Position numbers and translations under genes: made by a program. Shown piece by piece: positions 37,143-46,137 of a stretch of 64,000 nucleotides of DNA (position 1 is the stretch's first letter; the number at the start of each line of letters is the position of its first letter). Origin of the DNA: Candidatus Latescibacterota bacterium (GTDB lineage: Bacteria > Latescibacterota > UBA2968 > UBA8231); NCBI GenBank assembly GCA_965248355.1, contig OZ252098.1, positions 160,001 through 224,000 of the forward strand, read 5' to 3'. Below the pieces are notes generated by a model that saw nothing but the letters and a program-made list of their open reading frames with translations, made no database searches and had not been told where the DNA came from.

Positions 37143-38015
37143 ATGGCGATCGACAAAGCCGTGCTGCCCGTGGCCGGCATGGGGACTCGCCTGCTGCCGG
37201 CGACCAAGTCCCAGCCGAAAGAGATGCTGCCCGTAGGCTACAAGCCGGTGGTCCAGTACGTGGTGGAGGAGATGATCGGGCAGGGCATCGGCAAGTTCCT
37301 GTTCGTCACGGGGCGCAAGAAGCGCTCCATCGAGGATCACTTCGACGACGATCCGGAGCTCGAAGCGCGCCTCGGGGCCAGGGAAGAGATCGGCCAGGTC
37401 GACTACGACCGGGAGCAGGTGGAGTTCTTCTACGTCCGCCAGCGCCGCCCGCTGGGCAATGCCGATGCCGTGCGGCTGGCGGCCGAGTTCGTCGGTGACG
37501 AGTCCTTCGTCGTCGGCTTCGGCGACACGATCCTCACCTCCGCGGGCCGACCCGGGGTCGTCCGCCGCCTGGTGGACGAGCACGAGCGGTCCGGGGCCAG
37601 CGCCACCATCGCCGTCTGGGAGGTCCCCCTGGAGGAGACCTCCAAGTACGGCGTCGTGAGGCCGGCGGAGGCCCCCGCCGAGGGTGCCTTCCCGATCGAC
37701 GACATCGTGGAGAAGCCGCCCCCGGGACAGTCCCCGAGCCGTCTGGCCGTGGCCGCGCGCTACGTCTTCACCCCCCGTATCTTCGAGGCCATCGCCGCCA
37801 CCGATCCCGGCGTGAAGGGGGAGCTCTGGCTCACCGACGCGATCCACCGGCTCCTCGAATGGGGAGATGACGTTCGCTGCGTTCAGCTCGGCCCGGGCGA
37901 GCGGCGGTACGACATCGGCACGCCCCTGACCTACTACCGGGCCTTCGCCGACTTCGCTCTCGCCGACCCCGACAACGGGGCCGCCTTCGCCGAGTACCTG
38001 CGCTCCCGCCTCTGA
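37143..38015 (+). CDS. galU: UTP--glucose-1-phosphate uridylyltransferase
   Basis: KAVLPVAGMGTRLLPATKSQPKEMLP, IEDHFD, IVEKP, GELWLTDAI. Confidence 0.93.
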   Translation: MAIDKAVLPVAGMGTRLLPATKSQPKEMLPVGYKPVVQYVVEEMIGQGIGKFLFVTGRKKRSIEDHFDDDPELEARLGAREEIGQVDYDREQVEFFYVRQRRPLGNADAVRLAAEFVGDESFVVGFGDTILTSAGRPGVVRRLVDEHERSGASATIAVWEVPLEETSKYGVVRPAEAPAEGAFPIDDIVEKPPPGQSPSRLAVAARYVFTPRIFEAIAATDPGVKGELWLTDAIHRLLEWGDDVRCVQLGPGERRYDIGTPLTYYRAFADFALADPDNGAAFAEYLRSRL

Positions 38016-38029
38016 GAAAGGAGAGTCGG

Positions 38030-40363
38030 ATGCCATCCACGCGCCGCCTGCGGCTCGACTACGGCGAGCACGGGATCGACGTCCAGGTTCCGGCCGAAGC
38101 CCGGATCCTGGACATGGCCGATGTGCCCGCCCTGGAGGATGTCGACGCCCAGCTGGGAGAGGCCCTGAAGAACCCCATGGGAACCCCCGCCCTCGCCCGG
38201 CTGGCCCGCGGGCGCGGCAGCGCCTGCGTGGTCATCTCCGACATCACCCGGCCCGTGCCCAACGCCGTCATCCTGCCGCCGCTGCTGCGCACCCTGGAGG
38301 AGGCCGGCATCGAGCGCCGGAACATCACCATCCTCGTCGGCACCGGCCTGCACCGGCCCAACGAAGGGGAAGAGCTCGTGCGGCTCGTGGGGCCGCAGGT
38401 GGCCGCCGATTACCGGATCGAGAACCACCGGGCCCGCGACCGGGAGAGCCTCGTCCACCTCGGCCGGACTTCGGCCGGGGCGCCGATCTGGATCGACCGG
38501 CTGTACGTCGAGGCCGACCTCAAGATCGCCACCTCCCTGATCGAGCCGCACCTGATGGCGGGCTATTCCGGGGGCCGCAAGGCGGTGTGCCCCGGGATCG
38601 TGGGCGTCGACACGATGCGCGTGCTCCACGGTCCCGAGCTGATGGGGCACCCCAGGTCGGCCGAAGGCGTCATCGAAGGCAATCCCTTCCACCGTCAGGC
38701 CCTCGAGGTCGCCCTGCGGGCCGGCGTGGACTTCACCCTCAACGTGGCCATGAACCACCGCCGGGAGGTGACGGGGATCTTCGCTGGCGACCTCGAGAAG
38801 GCCCACGCCGAGGGGGTGGCCTTCGTCGAGGCCGGGGCCTCGGCATGGGTCGAGGAGCCGGTCCCCATCGTGGTCACCACGAGTGCCGGCTATCCCCTGG
38901 ACCTGACGTTCTACCAGGCGGTCAAGGGACTGACCGCGGTCCTGCCCGTGGTCGCCGAAGGGGGTACGATCGTGCTGGCGGCGCGCTGTGCCGAGGGCCT
39001 GGGGAGCCCCGAGTTCGTCGAGCTCCTCGAGGAAACGGAGAGCGCCGAGGCCTTCGAGGAGAGGCTGGGGGACCCCGGATTCTTCCGCATCGATCAATGG
39101 CAGCTCCAGGAGCTGTGCAAGGTTCTGGCCCGCGCCCGGGTGCTGCTCTGCAGCGAGGGGGTCGACGCCCGCGGCCCCCATCTGCGAGGTCTGGTGGAGG
39201 CGGCCGATTCGGTCGAGGCCGGCATCGAGAGCGCCAGGGTCCGGCACGGGTCGGAGGCGTCCGTGGCGGTCGTCCCCCGCGGGCCGTACGTCCTGGCGCG
39301 CAGCCGCAGGCCCCGCCCCGCCGCGAGGCGCAGGGCCCCCCTGGCCGCGGCCCTCTCCCTGTGCGGCCTCTACTGGAGCGCGTGCGCCAGCATGCCCGGC
39401 ATCGAGTCCGTGGTGATGATGAACGAGGACGAGGAGTCCGTCGCCGAACCGGCCGCCACGGCGCCGGCTCCGCCGCCGCCCCCGATTCCCCGGGGCAGCC
39501 CGGACTTCCTGGGACAGAAGATCCTGCTGCTGCCCTTTCTCGACAGTTCCGGATACGAGGGCGCCTGGGACATTTCCAGGGGCCTGGCCAGGACCCTCGG
39601 CGACAGCCTCACCCACAACAGCTTCTACCACATCGTCCCCGTCGACTCGGCTCTCGCCTACCTCGAGCCCGACGAGCTCCGCGGAGAGATCGGAGTCTCT
39701 CGTGCGGCGGCGGTCGGCTCCCTGCTGGGCGCGGACTGGGTGATCCTCGGCGACATCGAGGAGCTGACCATGAAGCGATTCCAGGCCACCGTGCCCCTCG
39801 GGGGATACCGCAGCTACGAGGGGATCGCCATGGTCGACCTGACCCTCGTGAACGCCATCGACGGGCGCCGGGGAGGGGAGCTGTCCACCGAGGGCGCGAT
39901 GGACAGCAAGCGCACGGGGATCACCAACCCGGCCGCCTTCATCCCTCTCGACAAGCAGTACTTTTTCCTCGACGATCTCGCCTGGAATTCGGATTCCTTC
40001 CGCGAGTCGCTCGTGGGCAAGGCCCTTGCCGCCTGGGCGAAGAACGCGGCCACCGCCATCGGCGAGCAGATCCATCCACCGCCCTCCCTCGAGGTGATGG
40101 GGCAGATCATAGTAATCGACGGCGCCGTCGCTTATATTAACCTCGGCTTGGCCGACGGCATCCGGAACGGCGACAAGTTCGCCGTCTGGGACCAGGGCCA
40201 GGAGTTGAAGGACCCCGAGACCGGCGCGGTGCTGGGCAGGAGCCTCCCGAGCCGCATCGGAATCGTTCAAGTCGAGCAGATTCTGAACGACCAACTGTCG
40301 AAGACCCGGGTTCTGGAAGGCGTCGACCGCATCCGTCCGAAGGACATGCTGCGCGCGGAATGA
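38030..40363 (+). CDS. larA: Nickel-pincer lactate racemase-family protein (LarA, about aa 1-425) fused in frame to a CsgG/FlgT-like lipoprotein
   Basis: SDITRP, GTGLHRP, EPHLMAGYSGGRK, YQAVKG. Then RRRAPLAAALSLCGLYWSAC, KILLLPF, LGADWVILGDI, YINLG..DGIRNGDKFAV. Confidence 0.8.
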   Translation: MPSTRRLRLDYGEHGIDVQVPAEARILDMADVPALEDVDAQLGEALKNPMGTPALARLARGRGSACVVISDITRPVPNAVILPPLLRTLEEAGIERRNITILVGTGLHRPNEGEELVRLVGPQVAADYRIENHRARDRESLVHLGRTSAGAPIWIDRLYVEADLKIATSLIEPHLMAGYSGGRKAVCPGIVGVDTMRVLHGPELMGHPRSAEGVIEGNPFHRQALEVALRAGVDFTLNVAMNHRREVTGIFAGDLEKAHAEGVAFVEAGASAWVEEPVPIVVTTSAGYPLDLTFYQAVKGLTAVLPVVAEGGTIVLAARCAEGLGSPEFVELLEETESAEAFEERLGDPGFFRIDQWQLQELCKVLARARVLLCSEGVDARGPHLRGLVEAADSVEAGIESARVRHGSEASVAVVPRGPYVLARSRRPRPAARRRAPLAAALSLCGLYWSACASMPGIESVVMMNEDEESVAEPAATAPAPPPPPIPRGSPDFLGQKILLLPFLDSSGYEGAWDISRGLARTLGDSLTHNSFYHIVPVDSALAYLEPDELRGEIGVSRAAAVGSLLGADWVILGDIEELTMKRFQATVPLGGYRSYEGIAMVDLTLVNAIDGRRGGELSTEGAMDSKRTGITNPAAFIPLDKQYFFLDDLAWNSDSFRESLVGKALAAWAKNAATAIGEQIHPPPSLEVMGQIIVIDGAVAYINLGLADGIRNGDKFAVWDQGQELKDPETGAVLGRSLPSRIGIVQVEQILNDQLSKTRVLEGVDRIRPKDMLRAE

Positions 40364-40380
40364 CGGTCCGCCGCGACACC

Positions 40381-40854
40381 ATGCACATCCACTTGCGGCC
40401 GCTGGCCCTGGCGTTGGCTCTGATTCCGGTGGCCGGGTCGGGCGCCCCCGGCCCGGAGGCGCCCAGCCACCGGATCTACTGGTACTTCGATCCTGCGGTG
40501 GAGAGCCAGGTCGAACGTGCAACCACCATCCACCGCCTGACCCGGGATCTGCCAGAGGTGGAGTGGATCGCCGTCACGCCGCTTTCCGCGCGGGTGCCGG
40601 AGCTGCCGACCGCGGCCCTCCCGGATCTGCTCGCCGACCCGTCCAGGCCTAGGGCCGTCCTCCGTTGGCTGCGGGACCTTCCGGCCGCCGGCTCCGATCA
40701 CCTCCTGGTCGAGCGTGGGGGGGCCGCGACCTCCAGCGGACCGGGAACGACAGCCCTGCAGGTCATGGCCGAGGCGGGGTTGAGCACGGGGCCCGGACCT
40801 TCGACCGACGTCAGCATCAGCACCTGGGGCAAGGTCAAGGACCTGTTCCAGTAG
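40381..40854 (+). CDS. Small secreted protein with C-terminal STWGKVKDLF motif
   Basis: Signal peptide LRPLALALALIPVAG. Ends STDVSISTWGKVKDLFQ. Confidence 0.7.
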   Translation: MHIHLRPLALALALIPVAGSGAPGPEAPSHRIYWYFDPAVESQVERATTIHRLTRDLPEVEWIAVTPLSARVPELPTAALPDLLADPSRPRAVLRWLRDLPAAGSDHLLVERGGAATSSGPGTTALQVMAEAGLSTGPGPSTDVSISTWGKVKDLFQ

Positions 40855-40938
40855 GGGGCACCGCCCCTGCAAGGAGCCGCGGCTTCGCCGGGGCGCCCTA
40901 CCATTCCGGATCGAGTTCGGCATACAGGAGATGGAGAC

Positions 40939-42141
40939 GTGAGGCTCGCAGCACCCTTGATCGCCGCCTGCATCGCGTTGGCCGCATGCGGGAGCAACGA
41001 GGTCGTCATCGAGATCGAGGGTGGCGACGGGCAGTTGCTGCGGCTCGACGCCAAGGACCTGAAGATGCACCACAACCGGCTGGCCCGGTCCGGAACCTCA
41101 ACCTATGCCGATCTCAAGAGCGGCGCCTACAGCGTATCCGTCGTCGCGGGCGAGTATGTGGAGACCCGCCATCTGACGATCGACACGCCGCCGATGAGCG
41201 GCGTCGCCCGGCAGGTGGTGGAGTTCTCGATCCCCCCAGAGGCGAACCGTCCCTTCGAGCGCACCGGCACCATCCTCTACGCGTCCACGCCGATCCGGGT
41301 CAGCAACTGGGACCTGTTCACCGTCGACGTGGCCACGGGCGAAGTCCTCCAGCTCACGGACACCCGTGAATCCGAGCGCCAACCGCGGTGGTCTCCCGAC
41401 GGCCGGCAGATCGTGCTCACCATGGGCACGGTGATGACGAACATCGACGTCTGGGTGATGAATGCCGACGGCAGCGACCGCCGCCGGCTCACGGAGCACG
41501 CCGAGCGCGACCAGGGGGCGTGCTGGTCTCCCGATGGGACGCAGATCGCCTTCGTCAGCCAGCGGGAGGGCGACGTGGCCATCTACCTGATGGATGCGGA
41601 CGGCGGCAACAAGCGCAGGCTCGTCGAGGGCCGGGAGCCCGCCTGGAGCCCCGACGGCCAACGGATCGCCTTCACCTCGAGCGCCTTCGAGGGCAACGAC
41701 GAGGTCTACCTGATCAACGCCGACGGGACCGGAATGCGCCGGCTCACGGAGCACAAGAAGATCGACCAGCACCCGGCCTGGTCGCCCGACGGCCTGCGCC
41801 TTGTGATGGCCTCCGAACGCTTCGGCGGCCAGGAGTTGCTGGTGGCCGGCGGCGACCTGACCGACCAGGTCCGGGTCACAGTGGCGGAGAACACCTTCGA
41901 ACTGCGCCCGGAGTGGTCACCCGACGGCCGCGGCCTGGCCTACGCGGGAAAGATGAAGATCGGTCCCGACGGCGAGTTCGTCACCGACAAGCGGGGCCGG
42001 TCCCGCGGCACCTTCGACATCTACCTGTTGCCGGCCTCCGGTTTCGACTGGGACGACGCTCCCGAGAGACCGGTGATGCCCTCAAACCTGACCCAGACCG
42101 ACGACCGGGACGAGCGTTCGCCGAGTTGGCGAGCCTTCTGA
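40939..42141 (+). CDS. TolB-like PD40 beta-propeller lipoprotein
   Basis: LAAC lipobox and repeated P.WSPDG..I.F.S units. Confidence 0.88.
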   Translation: MRLAAPLIAACIALAACGSNEVVIEIEGGDGQLLRLDAKDLKMHHNRLARSGTSTYADLKSGAYSVSVVAGEYVETRHLTIDTPPMSGVARQVVEFSIPPEANRPFERTGTILYASTPIRVSNWDLFTVDVATGEVLQLTDTRESERQPRWSPDGRQIVLTMGTVMTNIDVWVMNADGSDRRRLTEHAERDQGACWSPDGTQIAFVSQREGDVAIYLMDADGGNKRRLVEGREPAWSPDGQRIAFTSSAFEGNDEVYLINADGTGMRRLTEHKKIDQHPAWSPDGLRLVMASERFGGQELLVAGGDLTDQVRVTVAENTFELRPEWSPDGRGLAYAGKMKIGPDGEFVTDKRGRSRGTFDIYLLPASGFDWDDAPERPVMPSNLTQTDDRDERSPSWRAF

Positions 42142-43808
42142 GCAGCTCTCCGGCGGCTGCCCCACGACCCGACCGCCCGCTGTCCGACCGCTGGCTTCTC
42201 CTGCTTCTCGCAGCCGGGCTCGGCCTCCGCCTCGTGGAGGTGTCGGCGCCCCTGATCGACTACCAGGCCTGGCGCCAGACGGACACGGCGGCCATCGCCC
42301 GCAACTTCCACGAAGAGGGCATGACCCTCTTCCACCCCCGCGTGGACTGGCGCGGCAACACGCCCGGGTACGTGGAGATGAACCTGCCCCTGTTCCCGTT
42401 CCTGGTGGCCTGCTTCTACTCCCTGGCGGGAGGCGTCCACGAGTGGATGGGACGGCTGCTGGCCGCCGCTTTTTCCACGGCCGCTGCGGTCCCCCTCTAC
42501 GCTCTCGCCCGCTCATGGCTCGGGAGCGCCGCGGGGGCCCGCCTGGCCGTGGCCATCTACCTGATGCTGCCCCTCAGTCTGTTCTTCGGCCGCGCCTTCA
42601 TGCCCGAGGCGCTGATGCTCCTGCTGAGCGCCGCCACCCTCACCGCCTTTCGCCGCGGCTGCCAGGCGGGGACGGGCCGGCTGCTGGCCGCCGCCGGAGT
42701 CGCGGCCCTGTGTTTCGCTGTCAAGATCCCCACCCTGTACCTGGGCTTTCCCCTCGTGGCCCTGGCCCTCGACCGCTGGGGGCCCTCCTTCCCGGGGCGC
42801 GGGTCCCTGTGGCTCTACCTGCTCGTTGCGATCCTCCCGCCGGCGGTCTGGCACCTCCACGCCGCGGGGCTGTTCGAGCAGACCGGGCTCACCTTCGGCA
42901 TCTGGGGCCCCCGGGGCTACGACAAGTGGAACCACGACCTGCTCCTGCAGGCCGGCTTCTACCGTCTGATGGCCGGCCGGTTCCTCGAGTCCGTGTTCAC
43001 ACCCATGGGCGCCGTCCTGCTGGCCGCCGGGCTCTTCGGCCTGTGGCCTCGCGGCGAAGCGGAACGGAGGCGGGAGGTGTGGCCGCTCTACGCGTGGTTC
43101 GGCGGTCTGCTGCTGTACGTGTTCCTGATCCCGGAGGGCAATCGCCGCCTGCACTACTACCAGCTGCCCTTTGCGCTTCCGGTGGCGATCTTCGCCGCCG
43201 CCCCGCTGGCCGCCCTGTGGGAGCCGGGCGGCGCCTCCCTGTCGGGCTCCGTGGGGCGGCAACTGCGGCGGCTCGGCCCCGGCTCCCGTGGGGCTCGTGT
43301 GCTGGTGGCCGTGTCCCTGGCCGCCGTGGGCGCCGGCAGCCTCTGGAAGGTGGGGGACTACTACCGGCCGGGGAACAACATCCACAACTACTACCGGAGC
43401 TGCGAGCTTGCCGGCCGCATCCTCGACCAGCGCATGCCCTCCGACGCCCGGCTCGTGACCGGCGACATCGACGAGGACCGGGATGGGCCGTTCCGCACCC
43501 AGAGCCCAACCCTCCTCTACTACTGCCACCGCAAGGGCTGGCAGATCACGCCCGACCTCTTCGACACCTCCAGGCTCGACTCGCTGGCCGCGGAAGGGGC
43601 CGACTACTTCGTGGTGGCGGCCGGGTTCGTGGAGCACGTGGAGCCGCTCTGGAGCGAGCTGTTGGCGCGCGGCATCACCACGGCCGCCGCCTTTCCCGAC
43701 TTTCGCATCGGTGAACGGTCCTTCCGGCGCCAGGCCAAGGCCGTGGAGGGGCCCGGGAAGCACATCCTCGTCGTCCGCCTGGTTGACATTCCCCCGGCGG
43801 GGAACTAG
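42138..43808 (+). CDS. ArnT/PMT-like (GT39/GT83) membrane glycosyltransferase; probable CTG start
   Basis: WRQTDTAAIARNF...YVEMNLPLFP...FGRAFMPE and many TMs. CTGA overlap with the upstream stop. Confidence 0.8.
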   Translation: MSSSPAAAPRPDRPLSDRWLLLLLAAGLGLRLVEVSAPLIDYQAWRQTDTAAIARNFHEEGMTLFHPRVDWRGNTPGYVEMNLPLFPFLVACFYSLAGGVHEWMGRLLAAAFSTAAAVPLYALARSWLGSAAGARLAVAIYLMLPLSLFFGRAFMPEALMLLLSAATLTAFRRGCQAGTGRLLAAAGVAALCFAVKIPTLYLGFPLVALALDRWGPSFPGRGSLWLYLLVAILPPAVWHLHAAGLFEQTGLTFGIWGPRGYDKWNHDLLLQAGFYRLMAGRFLESVFTPMGAVLLAAGLFGLWPRGEAERRREVWPLYAWFGGLLLYVFLIPEGNRRLHYYQLPFALPVAIFAAAPLAALWEPGGASLSGSVGRQLRRLGPGSRGARVLVAVSLAAVGAGSLWKVGDYYRPGNNIHNYYRSCELAGRILDQRMPSDARLVTGDIDEDRDGPFRTQSPTLLYYCHRKGWQITPDLFDTSRLDSLAAEGADYFVVAAGFVEHVEPLWSELLARGITTAAAFPDFRIGERSFRRQAKAVEGPGKHILVVRLVDIPPAGN

Positions 43809-43851
43809 GTACTCATCAGACCCGTTCTTCCTCTGAGGAAAGGAGGAGCTT

Positions 43852-44544
43852 GTGACCTCCCGCAATCGATCGAGACGGTGGCTGCTCACCGCCCCCCTGG
43901 CGGCCTGTCTGCTTCTCGCCTGCGCCAGCACCCAGGGCGGCGGCGGGGCGGCGTACGGCCCGCCCCCCATCCCAGAGGGCAAGGGCCGGCTCTTCCTGGA
44001 AGCCGGCGGCATCCAGGAGCTGAACTTCTTCGTCGAGGACGCCGAGACCGGAGAGATCGTCTACGAGGACATGCCGAGGGCCTCCGCCTTCTCCCCCTCC
44101 GCCTTCGAGCGGTCCTGGACCGAGAACCGGCTCGTCGCCGACCTCGACCCGGGCACCTACGACATCACGGTCAACACCGACATTTCCGACAGCATCGTCG
44201 AACGCGGCGTCCAGATCCAGATGGGACAGGAGTCCCACATCGTCGTTCGCGTGGGCAGGATTCAGGTTCTGATCACCGGGGGACAGGGGTTCTCCCAGAT
44301 CCCCTTCCTGTTCATGGACTACACGATGCGCACCGTCCTCGGAAGGGGCATGACCTCGGGTGAGCTGCGATACTTCATCCTGCCCGTGGGAAGCTACAAG
44401 ATCCGTCTCGAGAACAGCCCCTCGGGGCTCGACGAGATCCGGTCCTTCGAGGTGGCCTTCGGGCGTCCCACGCCGGTGCCCATCGACCTTGGCACCGACA
44501 CCCCGGAGGGGTCTGAGACGCAGCAACCCGATCAGCAGCCCTGA
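43852..44544 (+). CDS. Hypothetical lipoprotein (two small beta-sandwich-like domains)
   Basis: AGGAGG RBS, LLLAC lipobox, DLDPGTYDITV / ILPVGSYKIRL repeats. Confidence 0.75.
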   Translation: MTSRNRSRRWLLTAPLAACLLLACASTQGGGGAAYGPPPIPEGKGRLFLEAGGIQELNFFVEDAETGEIVYEDMPRASAFSPSAFERSWTENRLVADLDPGTYDITVNTDISDSIVERGVQIQMGQESHIVVRVGRIQVLITGGQGFSQIPFLFMDYTMRTVLGRGMTSGELRYFILPVGSYKIRLENSPSGLDEIRSFEVAFGRPTPVPIDLGTDTPEGSETQQPDQQP

Positions 44545-45401
44545 TGGCCGCCCGAATCGTCCTCCTGGTCTCCTGCTTCCTCGCCCTCGGGTCCGCCGTG
44601 TCGGCGGCCGATCTGGCGGCCACCCTCGTCGACCGTCAGGGCAACCGCTTCGAGTTGACGAAGTTCAAGGTCCGGGGGCAGACCTCCTTGGCGTACTACC
44701 TCGACGGGGCCCGCCGCGAGGTGCCCCTGCGCGAGGTCGATCGCTTCCGTTTCGCCGGCGCTTCCCGCGAAGAGCAGCAGGATCTCGTGGTCCACCTGCG
44801 CACCGGCAAGGTGGAGAGGGGGACCTACGTCATCGCAACCGTGGCGAACGTGGAGGCCCTCGGCGGCGGCATCCCGCCGGAGAGCGCGTCCGGCTCGACC
44901 CGGCTGGGACCGTTCACCATCCTGCTGCGCGACGTGTCCGAGGTCGTGCTCCATCATCCGGACGCCGGCCGGCCGGTGGCGCCAAAGCCGCCTCTGCGGG
45001 CGAGCCTGGTGAACGAGAAGGGGCAGCGCTTCGAAGTCCAGAACCTGCGGTTCCGGGGCCGGCGGGAGTTCGCCTTCCAGCAGGGCAAGCGGCGCCGCAG
45101 CCTCGACATGGGCAAGATCAGGAGGATCGAGTTCAGAGAGGCCGGCATCGAAGTCCGTCCGGTCGTCATCTCCCTCAGGTCCGGGAAGACGCTCTTCGCC
45201 ACCGTCGAAGCCAGCACCGTGCGCCTGGCAGGGGAGCGCGACTACCACTACTCCACCCGGGTCGACTCCGCCTTCACCGGGTACGCCGGCTCCTCCCGGT
45301 TCGCCATCGGCCTGCAGGACATGCGCCTTCTGGTGCTTCACGGCCAGGAGTCGGCGGCCGATTCGACGGCGGCTCCCGCCACCGAAACCCCAGGTCGCTG
45401 A
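44544..45401 (+). CDS. Secreted hypothetical protein with an internal tandem domain duplication
   Basis: Signal peptide ending VSA-AD. Two homologous halves of about 125 aa. Confidence 0.75.
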   Translation: MAARIVLLVSCFLALGSAVSAADLAATLVDRQGNRFELTKFKVRGQTSLAYYLDGARREVPLREVDRFRFAGASREEQQDLVVHLRTGKVERGTYVIATVANVEALGGGIPPESASGSTRLGPFTILLRDVSEVVLHHPDAGRPVAPKPPLRASLVNEKGQRFEVQNLRFRGRREFAFQQGKRRRSLDMGKIRRIEFREAGIEVRPVVISLRSGKTLFATVEASTVRLAGERDYHYSTRVDSAFTGYAGSSRFAIGLQDMRLLVLHGQESAADSTAAPATETPGR

Positions 45402-45441
45402 GGGCCCTTTTCTCCCCGTTGCGCCGCCCGGCCTCCGGGGA

Positions 45442-45666
45442 TCAGAAGAGGGTGTAGATGAACGGCGCCGCGGCGGTCCCGCTGAGCATGACCAGCAGCC
45501 CGAGGCCGGCGACCGTGAGCAGGATGGGCGCCAGCCACCACTTCTTGTTGTCCCTCAAAAAGGCGAGGAACTCCGCGGCCAGCCCGCTCCGCTTCTGACG
45601 GGCCTGGGCGGCGAGATCGTCCGGCTCGGCCGGGTTCGGCAACTCCCTCTCTGAATCGTCCGTCAC
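45442..45666 (-). CDS. DUF5989 family small membrane protein
   Basis: FLRDNKKWWLAPI...AAPFIYTLF signature. Confidence 0.9.
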   Translation of the reverse strand: MTDDSERELPNPAEPDDLAAQARQKRSGLAAEFLAFLRDNKKWWLAPILLTVAGLGLLVMLSGTAAAPFIYTLF

Positions 45667-45687
45667 GTCCAGTCTCCGTGGCTGTGT

Positions 45688-46134
45688 TCAGAACTGCCGG
45701 AAGTAGCGCTCGCGGGGTGGCCGCGGCCCCAGGGGAATCCAGTAGGACCCGGCCTCCCGATCGAACCGCCGATGCAGTGGATCGCGCCCGATCATCTTGA
45801 AGAACAGCCCCACGGGCGTGATCAGCAGATAGAACAGGATACCCATCAGCAGGTAGGAGACCACGTAGCCGACCGGCCACGCCAGCAGGGTCAGACCGAC
45901 GTAGAGAGGCCGGTTGGCCCTGGGGCAGACCAGCGAGAGAAGGGCCGACAGCAGGCCCAGCCCCGCCAGGACCCCGGCCACGGGGAGGCGCGCTTCACCA
46001 AGCCCGAAGGCGAAGACGAGCCGCTCGAACCACGCCATCATCCCCAGTCCACCGAAGCCGGCGAGAGCGATGAAGCCGAACGCCCGCAGCCTCCTGTCGT
46101 CGGGACGGAGATCAATGTCGAGCATTCCGCTCAC
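45688..46134 (-). CDS. SxtJ family membrane protein
   Basis: LRAFG...GILFYLLITPVGL...GRDPL...SYW...YFRQF. Confidence 0.88.
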   Translation of the reverse strand: MSGMLDIDLRPDDRRLRAFGFIALAGFGGLGMMAWFERLVFAFGLGEARLPVAGVLAGLGLLSALLSLVCPRANRPLYVGLTLLAWPVGYVVSYLLMGILFYLLITPVGLFFKMIGRDPLHRRFDREAGSYWIPLGPRPPRERYFRQF

Positions 46135-46137
46135 AGG

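Noticed and set aside
39300-40363. Flagellar or curli locus (FlgT, CsgG, FlgD domain names)
   Set aside because: Only generic domains are present; there are no flagellar or curli structural genes in the window.
40939-42141. Canonical tolB of a Tol-Pal operon
   Set aside because: It is a lipoprotein lacking the TolB N-terminal domain, with no adjacent pal or tolA.
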